From Chiloscyllium plagiosum (taxonomy: Eukaryota): 64,000 nt of DNA. Made by a program: the position numbers and the translations under genes. Each line of letters begins with the position of its first letter. The stretch's first letter is position 1. The notes under the pieces were generated by a model. The model had not been told where the DNA came from, did not search any database, and saw only the letters and a list, made by a program, of their open reading frames with translations. Below are positions 62,396 to 64,000 of the stretch, piece after piece. Location of the stretch: positions 3,450,932 to 3,514,931 of the forward strand of contig NC_057718.1 of NCBI RefSeq assembly GCF_004010195.1. Reading direction: 5' to 3'.

Positions 62396-63504
62396 GTAAG
62401 TTTTCTCTAATACAATATTGATTTGATTGCCAGTGATTTCACCATGGAAGCACCTTGTTTAAATGTACATTTTATAAACTTTGTAACAGACCCAGTCCCG
62501 GACTCTCAACCCCCATCCACAGCCTCTTGGCACCTTCCCCGGTTCCTCAGCCCATTCCCTCCTAAACCCTGGCCCCAGCAGAAGCAGCGCAGTCAGCTCA
62601 CTACCCTGGATCACAGACCATTCCCTTGGCTCCTGCCAGTCAGTCAGGGAGTGACAGGGAGGGGGTGAATTTCAGTGAAATGTAAAGAATCACACGCAGC
62701 CACTTTAGCAACTGCTGTCAAAAGGTAAGTACATCAGGTCAGTATGAGGGTTCACTGCTGGGAGGGCAAGGAGTCAGATAGGTAAAGGTAAAAAGGATGC
62801 CAGGTGGGGAGACTGCCAGATAAGAAGGGTGCCATCTTATTAGGTTACTAATTGGAAAGTGTTTGGCTGCCATGTCCATAAGGGGCCAGGTGAGTAGTGT
62901 GTAACTGGGTCAGGGCGAGGGTGACAGGTGGTAGTGGGCCCCTTGGGAAGAGGATTCGGATGAAGAGTGGGGAAAAGAGAACTGATGCAGGGAATGGGGG
63001 AAGTGGTTTGGGGAAGAGAAGGGGTAATGAGCTAGGATCCAAGGGGGTCAGGTTTCAGGTTCTGTGCTAGGAGTTGTCAGGGATCTGGGGGTGTATGCGG
63101 TAAGAGTGTGGCCTGCTGAATAGTTACTCAGGAATTAAATTTTTTATTTAATATTCTATTATTTCCAAGCAATATTTTAATTGGAAACCACATAATTCTT
63201 TGATTTAAATGGAGACTTTCAGAACACTCAAAAATGAGGGAATTCCCCAACAGAAGTTTCAAACTCTCAGGCAAATCCCAGGGAGTCTGCCACATGGGGA
63301 TTCCACAGGGTGCCTGGACCTTGAGCTACACTGCAATAATGCCTGTCTGGTTATTTGACAATCAGGGCCACATTTTTATGAGTTTTTAAGTGAAAAATAT
63401 TCACAGTTCATGGATCAAAACTGAACAACAGCAGTTATGTTAAACCGAAAGACTTGTCTTCGAGGGATACTTTCACTGGTTGTGAATTGTTGTAATGGGA
63501 TGGC

Positions 63505-64000
63505 CATAGAGTCATGGACTCATACAGCATGGAAACAGATCTTTCAATCCAACTCGTCCATTCTGACCAAATTTCCCGAACTAAACAAATCTCACTTGCC
63601 AGCGTTTGGTCCATGTCCCTTTAAACGTTTCTTATTCATGTATCTATCCAAATGTCTTTTAAATGTTGGATCTTTATCTGCATCTACCATTTCTTCCAGC
63701 AGTCCATTCCACTACAAACCATCCTCTGTGTGAAAAAATTTCCTTCTGGGTTGCTTTTTAATCTTTCTCCTCTATCGTTAAAAGTGTGCCCCCTTATTTT
63801 GAACACTCGCATCCTTTGAAAAAGACCTTCCTACAGAAAACCTTGGGGTTTTCCTTGATCCTATCTGCCAAAGGCTTCTCATGTCCCTTCCTGAATTTTC
63901 TTCGCTCTCTTTAGGTCTTTCCAAACTAACTTGTAACTCCTCAAGTGCCCTAATGGATCCTTTACATCTCATCCTAGCATTAGCCTTCTTTTTCCTTGTA
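63505..64000 (-). mobile_element. CR1 fragments
   Basis: CR1 tail (catagagtcat...tacagcatggaaacaga) and an MRCKGSIRALE ORF2 piece. Confidence 0.75.

Larger units (their letters stand above)
59783..63131 (+). repeat. Tandem duplication of a ~1.6-1.8 kb V-exon unit (~59783-61521 and ~61557-63131)
   Basis: Colinear flanks on both sides of V4 and V5; exon offset 1775 bp; both units end ctgctgaatagttactcag. Confidence 0.9.

Noticed and set aside
61999-62421. ORF-track start MRFLICPDL... as a built-in leader, and the read-through tail SKFSLIQY* as a secreted isoform
   Set aside because: The start is a TTG inside the acceptor region. The tail lies beyond a consensus GTAAGT donor and is shared with V4 only because of the duplication.

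Overview
Eukaryotic, repeat-rich genomic DNA from a cartilaginous fish. The CR1 LINE, HE1-type SINE and Penelope repertoire suggests a bamboo/carpet shark; this is an inference from repeats only. Most of the 64 kb is transposon debris: many CR1 LINEs, tRNA-derived SINEs, one decayed Gypsy LTR element, and Penelope-like elements carrying minimal hammerhead ribozyme motifs. There is one 652-N gap. Embedded in this is an immune-receptor locus. (1) Five single-exon Ig V-set domains in which V and J (the [FYS]GxG G-strand) are already joined in the germline, flanked by phase-1 splice sites (both mutated in V3) and lacking RSSs. Three are pseudogenised on the minus strand (2.1-2.4, 10.4-11.1, 16.0-16.4 kb). 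Two are intact, recently duplicated exons on the plus strand (60270-60620, 62045-62395). (2) Two separate 52-nt signal-peptide exons on the plus strand (31966-32017, 44949-45000). (3) Three degenerate T-cell-receptor-type J segments at the left edge (0.2-1.5 kb), each behind an 11/12-bp-spacer RSS-like motif. No constant, transmembrane or cytoplasmic exon was recognised in the window. The best candidate for an undescribed system is a birth-and-death family of non-rearranging, multi-VJ-domain antigen-receptor-like genes lying next to relics of a rearranging TCR J array. All alignments were done by eye, and repeat boundaries are approximate.
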